Shown here: piece after piece, positions 12,271-25,492 of the stretch
Layout: the number at the start of each line of letters is the position of its first letter
Position numbering within the stretch: the first letter of the stretch is position 1
From: Utricularia gibba
Taxonomy: Eukaryota > Plantae > Magnoliophyta
DNA: 64,000 bases
Direction: 5' to 3'
Assembly: GCA_002189035.1 (NCBI GenBank)
Contig: CM007991.1
Span: 2,914,001 to 2,978,000, forward strand
Made by a program: the position numbers and the translations under genes
Notes under the pieces: generated by a model
Told to the model about the DNA's origin: nothing
What the model saw: the letters and a program-made list of their open reading frames with translations, nothing else
The model's database searches: none

Positions 12271-14044
12271 TCATTGTCCGGACTTGGTGACCTTGAACCT
12301 GTAGAGCACCTTCTTCTTCCTGGAACTTTGGTTGTCGAATGTGAGGACAACTTTTCCTGGTTCATTGACCTTGAAGCTCGATCCCATCAGCTGTTCGTTC
12401 GAGCTGATCTTCCGAGGCTTCTGCACGATCCATGTGTAGCTGCCCTCCGCAGTAGGCTCGAATTCGACTCCGTAGCTAACATCCCAGCCGATGACTCTCA
12501 CCTCCCAAACAAGAGTTCCAAGCCCAACCTTCATTACGCAAGCCGTGGCAAGAGCTAATTAGCTTCCGTTACTGATCAAGAATGACTCGTGTTGTTGTTA
12601 CCTCAGTGGCTGGGAATTCCACAGTATGTTTCGAAGTCGGCTTGATTATTTCTTCGGTTGCAGGATCAGCAGGGGAGAATTCTTGATCGCCCATCTTATG
12701 AAGGCCACCGTACTGAACAGGCAGCTGCTCTGGTGCTATGTACCTGCAGAGGGGGGTTATTCGGATTCGGGTTCATAATTGCTCTGCTTCTGTGTAAAAA
12801 AACTCAAAGAAGGCAAGCAGCAGCAGTACTGACTTGAGGAGGGTCTCAAAAGTTCTCGTTGGCCCTGCAAACACAAATTTGCTCTTGGTTCTCAGGGTCA
12901 AGAAAGGGCTGATCAATCTATTGTACGCCACATACCACCAAGGCACGTTGATGAAGATCTTCCCAGAAGAACAAAAGTCGAAAAAATCAGCGGATCACTC
13001 AATATTGATTCAAAAACACGAGCAAGATCAGGGCTTTGTGATACCTGTTTGGCGACGAATTCAGGGTAATTGTCCTGGAGCAACTGAAGGGCCTGATTCG
13101 TAGATTGGCGAAGTTCTTTGTTAAACAACATGAGCCCGGGCGAATTCTTGAGATCAATTATCTGAAGAATAGTGCAAACGCCTCCAGGGTTGAAGTTCAG
13201 TTTCCTGATATTCTTCTCCAGAAATTGTATGTACCATCTCAAGAACTTGGCTCTTTTCTCTGAGTCGTCAAAAGTCTTAGAGTAGAGAACCGTATTCTGC
13301 AACTCACCGAAAGCATTGTAAGAAACTGGGTGCCCTTCTCTATCAACACCATGGAGATAAACAACTTTTTCAAGCCCCTCGATGATGAATTCCTCTTCCA
13401 GAAGCTCGTCGAGTTTAAAATCTTTCCTCCAAGCCACCACGTTTTGAAGCATGGTGAAAGCTTCTTTCACCTTAAACTCTCTGGCTCTCAAAAACTTCAG
13501 TAGAATTACATCGCTTTTTTCATCAGCGAGAAGAGAGACGCCCCAGATGGAAACATCCTCCGGTGGAGGCTGCAGAGGTGTTTCAACAGTTACTGATACC
13601 TTTTCCTCCCCCTCCGCCTCTGGGTCTGCTGATTTTTCCTCTTCCACAATCAGGGCCAGCGGCACTTCAGTTGGTGCGGCCACGGGCTCTTGATTCTTCT
13701 CCTCAGATATGGACTCTTGTTTCTTCTCCCCAGCCTTGGGATCCTCTTTCTTTTTCTCAGCCCTGGACTGCGGCGGCGGAGGGGTGAAGCGGCGGTTGGT
13801 AAGAGCGTCCTGAATGAGGAGCTTGAGTTCGTGCAAGGCTTTTTCTTTCAGGATCCACGAGATCTTCAACCTTGCTGCTTTCCTCCTTGAAAGACACAGA
13901 CTCCTCAATCTTCACCACCTTTTTATCCGCTTCCTCCTCCTTCTCCGGCACCTTTTCCGGCTGCGGTGGCATCGCCTGCGTCTCCAACAAAGCAGCGGGC
14001 TCCCTTTCTACCACAACATGGGCATCCATAGTCTTCGTCTCCAT
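12271..14044 (-). CDS. PATL: patellin (SEC14/CRAL-TRIO plus GOLD domain), PATL3/5-like; one apparent +1 frameshift
   Basis: Motifs IWGVSLLADEKSDVILLKFLRAREFKV, LQDNYPEFVAKQ, FINVPWWY and the GOLD motif LVWEVRVIGWDVSYG. Four exons. The acidic N-terminus is in a different frame from 13840 onward. Confidence 0.92.
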
Positions 14045-14519
14045 CTCCAAACAACCAATCTCAAGGTTCACTCCCACTCCCACCCTTCTGTGTGGAATGC
14101 GTGTAGCCGTTACAGCGACTTCAAAACAATGTCGAAGAGGAATCTCCTCTAAAAACAATTATTTTTTTTACTGTTTTTAATTTTGGTATTTTTAATTCCC
14201 ATAAAATTAGTGTTCAAACAGTTTAACAAAAATAATTTAATTATTAATTAAACTAAAAATTATGCTAAAGTATGTGATCAGTAGGGGACAGCAAATAGAA
14301 GGATGACTGAATGACTGAATTGCCCTTCCCAGTTGGGAGTTCACCTTTGGAGTTAGGTTAGTAATGTCATTCAATGTTTAAAACTGCCACTTAAATACGT
14401 ACGTATGTTTATAGCGGGGCCCAGTTGAAAAAAATGGAAATGACATTTCTAGCCTACCAGCTGGCGGAGGAAAGGTTGGTTAATTTTGTAAACTACCACG
14501 TTTTCAAAATGGAGTCCAC

Positions 14520-14528
14520 GCAACGGTC
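14520..14528 (+). promoter_or_regulatory. MSA-like (AACGG) element in the short divergent patellin/kinesin promoter
   Basis: gcAACGGtc is a near match to YCYAACGGYY; it is a single copy only. Confidence 0.3.
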
Positions 14529-14669
14529 AAGAGGAAAGGAGCAGAATTCCGTCATTCTCCTCCCTTCTTCGGTCGCCGCGTTGCTTAGATTCAGACCCGG
14601 AAGCGAAGAGAGTGGAAGCGGTGGAAGAAACAGGGGGAGGAGTAATCGCTGCCGCAAAAGAATATATAT

Positions 14670-17600
14670 ATGGAGAAGATTAGCGTTGCTGTGAGGGTGA
14701 GACCTTCGGTGAGTGACAGCGAAACCGTTAACGGGTTTAAATGGAGAGTCGAGAGCAATCGCATTTCTCTCCACAGATCTGAAGGCACCCCAGTTCCTGG
14801 AATTTCATTTGCTTTCGGTAATGTGGATAGATCATGGTCATTTGGGGTTTAGAGACTAGATGTTCTTTGGGACGGGTGTGCTTAATGTTTCGATTTTTAT
14901 CAATGCAGACCACGTGCTTGATCAGGAATGCAGTAATAGTGTGGTGTACGAGTTTGGGGCAAGGCACATTATCGAAGCTGCAGTCGATGGGTTTAATGGT
15001 GTGATTCAGATTTAAACCATTTCTACCTTTTTAATTGTTTCGTGTACTTTGGAATAAGCAGTTTCTTCTTGCGGCAGTAAAATTTTAAGATTTTATAAAT
15101 TTCCGGTTACTAATGATAGTGTAGTATGGTGGCTTATGCCTAGCATCGAGAGCGTGTTGTTCTCATAATTTCTTTTTATTTTTTCTTCGAGAGAAATGAT
15201 CAAGAAAGCTTTATGGCCCTTCTTCTGTTTTGTGATAGCCCCTCCTAGTTTTATGGGACAAATTAGCCTTGGATATTTGATCCTGCTATATATAAATGTG
15301 ACACTTTGAAAGCGAAAAAACTACTGCATTGCAGGAACTGTGTTTGCGTATGGCCAGACAAGTAGTGGGAAGACTTTCACAATGAATGGTTCTGAAAGTG
15401 ACCCTGGAATCATCCCCAGGGCTGTCAAGGATATATTTTCTAAAGTCGAGAAGGTAACGCGATTTTGTTTTCACTTTGAAATGTTCTTCATTGTCCATAG
15501 TGTTCATGATATCGTTTCTTTTTGGTGATCCAGATGGTTGACAGAGAGTTTTTAATCAGGGTTTCGTACATGGAAATCTACAATGAAGAGATAAATGACC
15601 TCTTCACAATGGAAAATCAGAAGCTTCAAATTCATGAGAGTTTGGAGGTAAGTTGTGAAAAATGGCTAATATCGAATGAACTCTTCCTCATACACGAAGA
15701 TATGTGACATGCTTTTGTTTCAGCGTGGAGTTTTTGTTGCCGGGCTGAGAGAAGAAATTGTCAACAGTCCTGATCAAGTTCTTAATCTTATCAAGCATGG
15801 TGAAGGTTAAACTATCAAATTTTTCTTCACCATATAATTTTATTGCCTCTTTCCTGTTCTTCCATAAAACATATTCATTTTTCAAGTGCAGTAAACAGGC
15901 ATTTTGGAGACACCAACATGAATGCTCGCAGCAGTAGATCACACACTATTTTCAGAATGGTATTTTTTTTGTACCTCTATAGTGTCTGCAATGAAGTTCT
16001 TGATATCTAATCTTTTGATGATCCAGGTCGTTGAAAGCAAATCAAAGGATGATAGATACTGTGAGACTTCAAGTTCAGATGATTTTGTTCGAATTTCTGT
16101 CCTGGTACCTCATCCTGTATTTCACGTGTTCCAAGTTCTTATTTTGTGGCTTCTCTTAATGAGGAATTTTTCCATAAGTGGATTCAACATCACGATAACT
16201 GATTTAGAACTAGTTTATCAAAATCCTCATAGTCTTGAAAAATATTTTTCTCCTTGTATTTTCTATGCTCCAAATAGAACTTGGTCGACTTGGCTGGGTC
16301 TGAGAGAGTAGCTAAAACGGGAGCTGGGGGAGTTCGTTTGAAGGAGGGAATGCACATTAACAAAAGTTTGATGATGCTAGGTAATGTCATCAACAAACTG
16401 AGTGAGGGTGTAAAGCAAAGGTAATTTCAATTATCCACCTAAAAAGAATCTTATTGGTGCTCGTTATCTGATTATCTTGATATACAGGTCTCACATTCCA
16501 TATCGTGATAGTAAGCTTACTCGCATTCTCCAACCTGCATTGGGTGGCAATGCTAAAACATCAATAATCTGCACTGTGGCAACAGAGGAGGTATTATGGC
16601 TTGTATACTTTGTGTGCCAGATAGATCAAATTTGATTCTAGCATTTATTTCTATATGGTAAAGATTCACATCGAGGAGACAAAAGGAACACTCCAGTTTG
16701 CTAGCCGGGCAAAGAAGATAACCAACTGCGTTCAAGTGAATGAGGTTTGTGGACTTTGTCCTTGGTTAATCATGAAGTAATCATTCATGAAATATTCAGT
16801 ATATGTGTTGATGTGATATGCTTTGTCTCATCTTATGTTCCTAGATACTCACAGATGCTGCCTTGCTAAAAAGACAGAAACTAGAAATAGAGGAACTGCG
16901 CCGCAAACTTCAGGTACTTAAGTATAGGTTGTTTGTGACTCATGAAAATGAATTAGCATAATTCAAGAAACTGCATATTCAGGGATCTCATGCAGAAATT
17001 TTAGAGCAAGAAATTTTGGAACTACGGAATGAAATGCTGAAGGTATTTTAGTCGTTTTGTTGTTCTGATGTGTGATTATATTACATCAGTTTCTTCTAAC
17101 ATGACACCAAATTATCCCCAGTATGAATTGGAGCGTGAGAAGCTTTCAGCAGAACTCGAGGAGGAGAGGAGATCACAGAAAGAGCGTGATCTCTGTATAA
17201 AGGAGCAGCAGATGAAAATTGACAATCTTAGCAGTTTGGCCATCTCAAATTCCGATGGAAGCTCTTCAATTGTAAAATCATAAGCCCCCTTTTTCATCCA
17301 ACATGCTTTGCTCTTTTTTTTTTGTACCATTTCTGAATGGTACAACATCTTATTTTGAACATGACTGACTGTTTTTTATTTTCTTATTGATCCTGGTGCC
17401 AGGCTGTTGGTAAAGGATGTTTAGTGAACAGCATGCAACGAGAAGATGGCTTTATAACTCCATTCAACGCAATGCCGAATGCTTTTGTTGCTAGGAGATC
17501 GAATAATTCTACACAAGTAGACAGTAGCACAAGTCCAGGTACATTTGGTGACGTCGCTGATGAAGATACATGGATGAAAATGAACAAGGGATACAAATGC

Positions 17601-18713
17601 GACCTGGATTCACTAGATGTGATCTCTGCAGGGAAAGTTCAATCATTTTCAGTTAGTGAGGTAAAGGAACTTAAACTACCATGATATTTCTAGTTTCGTT
17701 TTAGTAACCTTACATTCTTCCAGCAAAGCCAAGATTGTTCTGTTCCTAGTAACAATTTTAAGCTTCTCGATATTGCTGACGTCTTCTGGTAATCAGGATT
17801 GCTCCTCGGATAATGATGCACAAGAGATAGAAAACTTGCGTTCACAGATAAGGTTGTTATCGGATGAAAGGGATCAATTTAAGGTGTGGTTTTCACAAAC
17901 AAGGCTTAAATTTGTGATGTTACATTGACACTCTACTTGTCTGAACATACTAAGAGAATCTGTTTGTTTTCGTGGTGTACTAGAGGAAGTATGATGAACA
18001 AGTGGCGAACAATGATCAGTTAGCTAGGGAGATTGCTGAACTTCAACAAGAGGTGCTGCTGATTCGTGAATTACCTCACAGTATCAGTAACATGATGGCA
18101 AATAGCAGAAGCATCTGCAATGATACGGTTTCTAGTTTACAGGTAAAATACGGTTGGTAATTTTGTATTATATTATGATTATGAGTATACACATCATCAA
18201 AGATGCTGCTTTGGCTTAAAGGGCAAGCTGGGAGAACAATTTTCAAGCGGGAAACAGGAAACTGAAAATGACATAGAGAGAACAAGGCAAAGGATCAAGG
18301 AAATCAAAGCAGAGTTCCAGGAGTGGCTTCGTGTTTCGGAAAGCAAGTTCAGTAGCCTGGAAATGGAGTGTCAGGTTCTCAAGGAAGATAAGGAAGCAGT
18401 TCTTAAAAGATTCTCTGCTGCAACGGAGATGCTTGAACAAGTCACAAACGAGAAGGACATGGCTCTCAAAGATTTGGATGATGAAGCAAGAAGAAGAAAA
18501 AACCTTGAAGAGGAAATGAAGCATCTCCACAGTCAGTTTCTTCTTCATATGAGGTCACGATCATCATTCCAGACCGATATGAAATCAATACTCGACAAAG
18601 TGAAGGCACAGAATTCAAAGGTACCACAAATGCTGCCTTCCATCTTGAATTTAGGGACTGGAGCCTCTCATATTTTACATTGCTCCCAAAGTTTCCCTGC
18701 CTTGGGAAACTGA
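14670..18713 (+). CDS. KIN7N: kinesin-7 family motor (KIN7N/CENP-E-like)
   Basis: Motifs [13 protein letters not shown]-loop [77 protein letters not shown] and [11 protein letters not shown]. Many short introns with consistent phases. The exact 3' end (read-through to 18713 or a splice at about 18620) is uncertain. Confidence 0.92.
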
Positions 18714-18983
18714 TGGATGCAGCAGCATGACGAGATGGAGAATCCTGCTACTTTGGCAAAGCTCCAAGCTGTAAGTTAGTTGTTTACAACAAAAGTGTAT
18801 GCCATAATTGTTTAATGACTTGTAAGAACAAAGATCATGAGAGGTTATAATTCTTCCACTCTTATCTCAAATAATAGCTGTATCTGATCCAATGTAAAAA
18901 GGCATAATAAATCGAAAACGCAACAAGCATGATTCTATCTGATCACTGGATTATACAATATGCATCGCTCCATCTAAGGATAT

Positions 18984-19496
18984 TCACCAAGAAGTCGTTG
19001 ATATCTTATCCCACTGAAGTACTTCCAAGTACACAGAAAAGAATCTTCTAAAAGTTGGTTGTTTGTGATTTCGGCAAGGGACATGTGAGAATTTGACCAT
19101 GCGTTGCTCAAAGCTGGAACAAGATATACGCTTCAACGGATGAATAGACAGATTCTTCATCCGCCAAACTGCTCCATGAGCCCTTTTCCTTGCATTAGCA
19201 GAATCATCCTTCTCGGGGCTCCTTGTCACCACCAAGTACGCGATAAAAAAAGGGTCATCATTCATCTTCATGATCTTTCTCATGGAGCTCGAATTCCATG
19301 ACTCTGGCTCGAATGCACACGGAGGCAGTGGAATATGCAGGCTTCTAAACGAATCCGTTCTCCGAAAGGAAGATCCCGGTGGAGGTGGCAGCCGGTGGTA
19401 ACGATCACCCTGCATCACAACCGGTTCTCCGTGCTCCAGATAGTTTGCCAAGGAACTGTTCTTCCTGTAGGATCGGACATTGTTTCTGGTCGACAT
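18984..19496 (-). CDS. uncharacterised intronless plant protein, 170 aa
   Basis: Single open frame with ATG. Contains DDPFFIAYLVVTRS and a C-terminal ISCSS...VKFSHVP segment that resembles a plant family with a DPFxxAYxxCTxS motif (from memory, unverified). Confidence 0.55.
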   Translation of the reverse strand: MSTRNNVRSYRKNSSLANYLEHGEPVVMQGDRYHRLPPPPGSSFRRTDSFRSLHIPLPPCAFEPESWNSSSMRKIMKMNDDPFFIAYLVVTRSPEKDDSANARKRAHGAVWRMKNLSIHPLKRISCSSFEQRMVKFSHVPCRNHKQPTFRRFFSVYLEVLQWDKISTTSW

Positions 19497-20429
19497 AGAT
19501 AAACAAGCATATCATATGATCACATCATGGTGCCTTGTATATATAAAAATCAACCTCAAGCACCTAAAACGTATAAAAAAACAACCTTGAACCGTTTTCA
19601 CCAAATAATGAATGTAATAAAGCATCCCCATAATTCAAGTAGACCTGTACGTTACAACTCTAGGCATTTGGGAAGCCGCAGAATATGAAAAGTAGTGCAC
19701 AAGTGTAGACCTAATAATGAATGGAGGATGTTGGATGCTACTAAACGGAGGCTGTGGCGTAAGTACGATCAAATGATGGAAGGGAGATGCAACTAAAAAA
19801 ATATCTCAGCAGCCGCCCCCACCCACCCGCTCCTCCTGTCCAGTCGAATACTTTTTCCTTGTACAGATCAAAACCGCAGCACGGCCGACACTTGGACCGT
19901 GGGATAAACCGGTTTTGACTTCTAGAAAACGAATCCATCCAAAGTGGACCGGTCTAGATGTGGGAACCTGGTTTTGGCAGGTTTCGGGGGTCAAGCATGC
20001 TAAATTTCATGTGGTTTTGAGCCTTGGTGATCTAATGTTACACAACCACTGTCTGTGGAACTAGACCCGGTTCGATACCGGTTTCGCGATCGACTTATTC
20101 CGGTTTTCTTTAGATATCTGGATGGAGTTCTGGTTCCAGAATGCATGCAATTAGTATGCATCCACGTGTACGAGTGGAGCTGTGTGTCAGTCTGATCTAC
20201 TGAAGCGGTAGAGAAAGGAAGAAGGGTGAGTTGGGATGGTAAATGAAAAGAAGCTTACATTGCAACGCGGTGAGCTCAGGTTCCAGGAGCGACAAACACA
20301 AGGAAACACAGCAGATCTTTGTAAGATTAGAATTACATGTGAGGCAAGGGGGCTATGCCCCTCTTCGTTAGCAGGTGAGGCATCTGACAAGTCAATGATG
20401 TATATCCAGAGAGTCATGACGCCAACTAG

Positions 20430-21751
20430 TCAGCTTGAGTTAGTTGTTTCACAAGGCTTGTCATCACCCTTTTTGCTCTGCTTGCCACAACCGGCTGACA
20501 TTGTCGTCTTGCCGGAACCACTATCTTCACTTGTTGTGCCAGGATATGAGGGTATGGTAGCACTACCACGGATCTGCATATGGTCGACTCTCGCAACTTG
20601 TGCAGATTTCATGTCTGTTCCATTCACACAAGCCCCGTCATACCCATTTCCACCGAAACTCATAACTCCGGTGCTGCCATTCACGTAGGCAGGATAAACT
20701 GAAGCAGAAGCCAAATAAGGGGAGAAATTTCCCCTGACACCAATACCCCAGTCATTCCTCGGGCCAAAAGGAGCAAACGTGTAACTGATTCCGGGATAAT
20801 TTCCTGTAGGGTAACCGCCACCGTAAATACCAGCTCCATATGGGTAACCCGCAAGGCCAGCATATCCATTGGGGAAGTATCCAAATCTTGGCTGGTAGCT
20901 TGGGTAGCCAGCTTGTTGATACGAGGTGAAACTTGGGCTTCTTCCACCACCTACCCTCCCACTATATCCGTTGCTGCTACTGCTGGTTCCATCTTTCGGG
21001 ACAGCCCTTTTAACTTCCACAAGCTTTCCACACAGCTCGTGAAAGGTAGTCTGCATAACTTCTTCGACCGACTCCTCGGAGTCGAAAGTAATAAAGCCAA
21101 ATCCTCTTGGCCTGTGGGTCATGTTGTCATGCATCACAACTACATCATTAATCCTACCAAACTTTTCGAAGTACCGCCTAAAATCCTCCTCTGTTAAATT
21201 TGCCGACAATCCCCCTACAAAAATCTTCTTCGTCCGGATCTGGTCGTTGCCCCTGTAAGTCCTACTGTAATTTCTATTAGGCCCTCGGTGGTGAAGTTGG
21301 TTTTGCTGGTCGCTACGGGGAATAGCCCTTTTCACTTCCACCTGTCCAAAATTGTTATAGATATAATATCAGATACCAAATAACCTACTTAAAAAATAAA
21401 TACCTTGTACAACTACTGACAAGGAAGTCCATGTTGCAAGAAAGCTGAAAAAATTCAAGCCCTTAAAACAAGGGCTAAAGTTGAAAGTCAGAAATTCGAG
21501 CAGAGTAGATCGAACAAAAAGCACACCGTTCTGTTGAGAATCTGATGAGCGTCCTGCAGCGCACGATCGACAGCAGAAGGCTCCGTGAAGGTGACAAATG
21601 CAAAACCTCTGGGAACGCCGGAATTCCTATCCTTAGCAATTGCCGAGCTAAGAACCGCGCCGTATTTGCTAAAATGCTCCGTCAGAACATCTTCCGTCGT
21701 CTCCCACGAAATTCCACCTACAAAAAGCTTGCTCTGGTCCGCGTCTACCAT
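20430..21751 (-). CDS. hnRNP A/B-like RNA-binding protein with two RRMs and a Gly/Tyr-rich tail
   Basis: RRM1 KLFVGGISWETT...PRGFAFVTF (exon from 21751). RRM2 KKIFVGGLSANLT...PRGFGFITF and the GYP-rich tail are in the second exon. Confidence 0.93.
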
Positions 21752-21823
21752 ACTACCCCTCAATTATGCTCCGAATTCTCAGAAAGCGAAGAAGAAACAG
21801 CGCAAAGAGGACGAGGATACGAA

Positions 21824-21832
21824 CTAGGGTTT
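21824..21832 (-). promoter_or_regulatory. telo-box in the 5' region of the RRM gene
   Basis: AAACCCTAG on the minus strand. Confidence 0.6.
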
Positions 21833-22012
21833 GTTGCTGCGAAAATTAATTTGGGGAAAACGATACAAGTGTACTCGACCCGCTCTTTTTTTGTCTTTTT
21901 CACTTTTTTCGTCTATTTTTATTATATTTAAAATCTAAAAACATAATGCATTTTACTGGCTGCACAGAACACTGAACAGCAGCCCTGTTGAGAATTAAAA
22001 AATTCTCATTTC

Positions 22013-23495
22013 TTATTGGGCCATAGGCCCATTCACGAAAATTGGGCTTTCGGACCCACAATGGGTCTTGTCTTCTGAATGCCCAGAACGAAACAAGGCT
22101 GTTCTACAGACTGACAGGTTTTCTGGAAGCTCATCATTAATGGCGGAAACCTGGGTGGTCACAAGCCTAAGTGCAGCTTCATTTTTCAGTATTGAGGCAT
22201 GGGACGCTCCATGTACCTGAATCATCTTCAGCGATTGATTCTTCACTCCACTCCACGCAGATTCCAAAGCTAAGAGACTTACCAAATTCACCGTCCCATC
22301 TCCATCGCCGTACACCATCTCCGGCGTCTTATCAAATCCTCCCTCGCCGTAAGCCAGCATCTCCGGCGTCTTCACCCCGCTTCCAACGATCCCGGTGACT
22401 GGGATTTCCGGTGGCTGTAAACCATCTTCCACCATCGGAAGGATCCGTGTCTTATAAGGGAGTACCCCTTCTGAGAACCCGATTTCTTCAAGGAACTGAG
22501 CAATGTCACGACTTGTGTACGAACCGTTTTTAGTGGTCGCCAATGGGGTTGTTGTATTGAACACTCTGGGAGAAGGCATCAGCCATAGATTGCTCTCTGC
22601 ACTCCTCTGTTCTTCCCTTACCAGCAAGGGGTCAACCAGAGGAACCCCGAATGAATTCCCAGATGCAAAAGTGAGCATCCCTTTGACTGTACCTCCCCAC
22701 GGCGTCGACAAAGCGATCAAATGCTTGACGTACTTCTTTCTCCACGAAACCGGAGATCGATTGAGGAGTTGCAGACCAAACAACCCTCCTAAGCTATGGG
22801 CAATCAGAATCGCAGGCTTCCCTCCGTTTGAAGCAGAACTTGATTCAATCAGATTCTTGAGATCTGTAAGAAACTTAGATCCCACTTTACAGGGATGCCC
22901 CTCCGCCGCTAACCCATACCGGAAATCGTACGGCGCACCGAACAGGCTTTCCCCGCTGATGTAACCTATTCGTTCCAGCGATCTCACTAAGGGTTCCATG
23001 TACGAGGTGATCGCCCTGCATACTCGTGAAGTTCAAAGAACGAAAGATTTGTCCAAGTTACTTAAAACAAGCCAACCAGCAAGCAAATTGTTCTTCATTA
23101 TCGGTAGCTTACTTGAGATTAGGATCGAGATAGAGGAGGCTTTGTGTGGATCCAAAGTTAGGGACTCTGGTTTCTATCCCGGGGGCATTACGATAATCAT
23201 CCTCATCTGGGTCGAAGTAAATCATCATTCTCCGATTGAAGCATTTGGTGAAGGGGCGAAGAAGAACAGTAGCATCGAACCATAGCCTAAACCACCCATC
23301 GGAATCCTTCTTCCAAGGGTAATACTTGTTGCATACCCAGCTCGAGGGCTCGTAATCCTTGGTCAATCTTGCTTCCAGCTGATTTCCTCCGCTTCCTGGA
23401 ATTAATATTACCGGATGCAGATCAGCTGCGGCGGAGCACAGACAGAAAACTGACAAAATTGCCATGTTCACAATGGGTAACAGATGAAACCCCAT
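22013..23495 (-). CDS. LCAT1: lecithin-cholesterol acyltransferase-like 1 (LPLA2/LCAT family)
   Basis: Signal-peptide-like MGFHLLPIVNMAILSVFCLCSAAA, then LHPVILIPGSGGNQLEARL, GAPYDFRYG, lipase motif AHSLGG and GDGDGTVN. Exons 23495-23113 and 23015-22013. Confidence 0.92.
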
Positions 23496-25492
23496 CCCCA
23501 ACGGCGTCCTTTTCGGGTACCCGGAATCCATTTGGTGGGGAGGGACGGAAGCAACGCTTAACGGGATCAGATTGGATTCCGATTCTGTGATGGGAAACGG
23601 CGACACGTATCCACATCTACAGACGCTTGTATCGATATATAAACGGAAAGCCTCCATGGTCCAGAACCGTTTTAAGTTACTTAACGGCCCTTCACTTTTC
23701 CTGGTATTCATTCTTCTTCTTCTTCTTCGCAATTTGGCCACGGGATCCATCTGAGATCTCAGGTTCCCGGCGCAGACCGGTGGAGTGGAGACCTCGCCGG
23801 GAACCGGAGACCAATCTCATATTTAACACATATATCTTTAATTATAAGTCATAATATATATATATTTATTTATTTAAATAAAAATAATTCAAATATATTA
23901 TTAATTAAATTATGTTATCAAACATATTCATATTTTCTTGATGATAGAGTATTTGATATCGAGATCAATATTATTTTTTGAAAATTTATGAAAGGATTCA
24001 ATTTACAATAGCAATTCGTTATTTCATCGAAATTTAATTAAACATCAATAAAAGGAGCACAATACCAATAGAATTATTTGAATTTCTATCAAAATTAGAT
24101 CGATTTGTCACCCAAATTCGATCACACCTCCTAAAATATGTTATCAAAATTAGATTGAGTGATGGAGGTATATATTAAAAATAAAAAATTAATATTTTTA
24201 AATTTTGAAGAAGTTTTTTTTAAAATAATATAGTAATTCAAATTTAAAAATTGGAAGCCTTTCATAAATATTTGCCTACTGAGGGAGGTACACGTGGAAA
24301 TCGTGGACAAAGAGACTAGCAGCACGAAGGAAGTCTCAATTTTGCCCCTGCTGCCCCAACTACTTTACCCGTGCGCAGGTGGGACCCTACACGCAAGCCG
24401 TTATTAGGGCTGCGGCAATGTGGAATGACAGAAACGCCCTCGCGTCTAATACTTGTTTTTAATTCTAGTTGTATTACCACCGGCTTCTCCGGTATCAGGT
24501 GGCATCTCCCCTGGTTCTCTCTATAAATACTCGGTTCCTCGTTCGAGAAATTCTAGTGATTCTCTCTATCCATGACTTTTGAAAGGAACTGAAATTTAAT
24601 CCTCCCTTTTTTTATTGCTGTTTATTCAGGAAACGGGGGAATGACTTGTCTTTTCTGGCTATGGATATGGAGGAGTTGAGGTGCGGTTTCCAACTCCAAA
24701 TTCTTTTCCTCCTCCTCTTCTATTTATGTTTGCTTATTTATGGGGAGAAAGAGGATTAATGATTTCGATTGAGGTGGAGGGCTGTCAGTTTGATTGCATG
24801 AGAAGATGTTTTGGGGGAAAAATGATTTCTTTTCCTCTTTTGGGATTGCGTTGTAGACGGGAATTCATTACGAATGAATTTGCAATTCAGTAACTTTTTG
24901 GTGTGATGGTGGGATTCCGTTAGGAATGAGGGCGCCCTTATTTGGGTTTGTACGTGAAGGTGTGGAATGCCGAAGTTCTATGCCTCAAGTGGGATGATTG
25001 GGCAGTGGTGAACATAAAGAACGTTTTTTTGTGGTTGGGGAATGATTCATTTTCAACTTACTAATTATTTAGTTGACTTCGATTCTTTTCGTCTCGCATC
25101 AGCTTTCAGTGCCATCGGGGATAATGTAATGGATTGTGAACCTTCCCTGTTTGTGGTTCATAATTAGCTAGCATGTGGGTGGTACTGCTGATTTGTCTCT
25201 GTTACAGCATATCAACCTTTTCTTTTTTCGTGGGGACTGTGAGTTCTTGCATTGAAGACCTTGTCTGACTTTTGTACCTTCATTTCTATTCTTGAATCGA
25301 TAACGCTGAAAATTTTGCATTTGATTTTGTTCTTACTCCTGCTTTTTACATTTTTCCTGCAGAAAGGTTGATGATTGTCTCAGCACATTGTCGAAATCGT
25401 AGGCATGTTATGTTATTTAGCCTGGATTATCCAAATAGAAGCAGTAAAGAAATTTTTGGTATCTCCGCTGGATCTTATACGAAGCCTGTAAA

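Noticed and set aside
20021-20090. tRNA-Asp-like fragment: CCGG-TTCGATA-CCGG T-arm and a CTGTCTG loop with GTC
   Set aside because: No acceptor stem pairing, no proper D-arm and only a 3-4 bp anticodon stem. The region is rich in CCGG/AACCGGTT words, so a chance match is likely.
22503-22964. Long antisense ORFs over LCAT1, patellin, the RRM gene, TLP and GLR
   Set aside because: They are shadows of real coding exons on the opposite strand and have no independent motifs.
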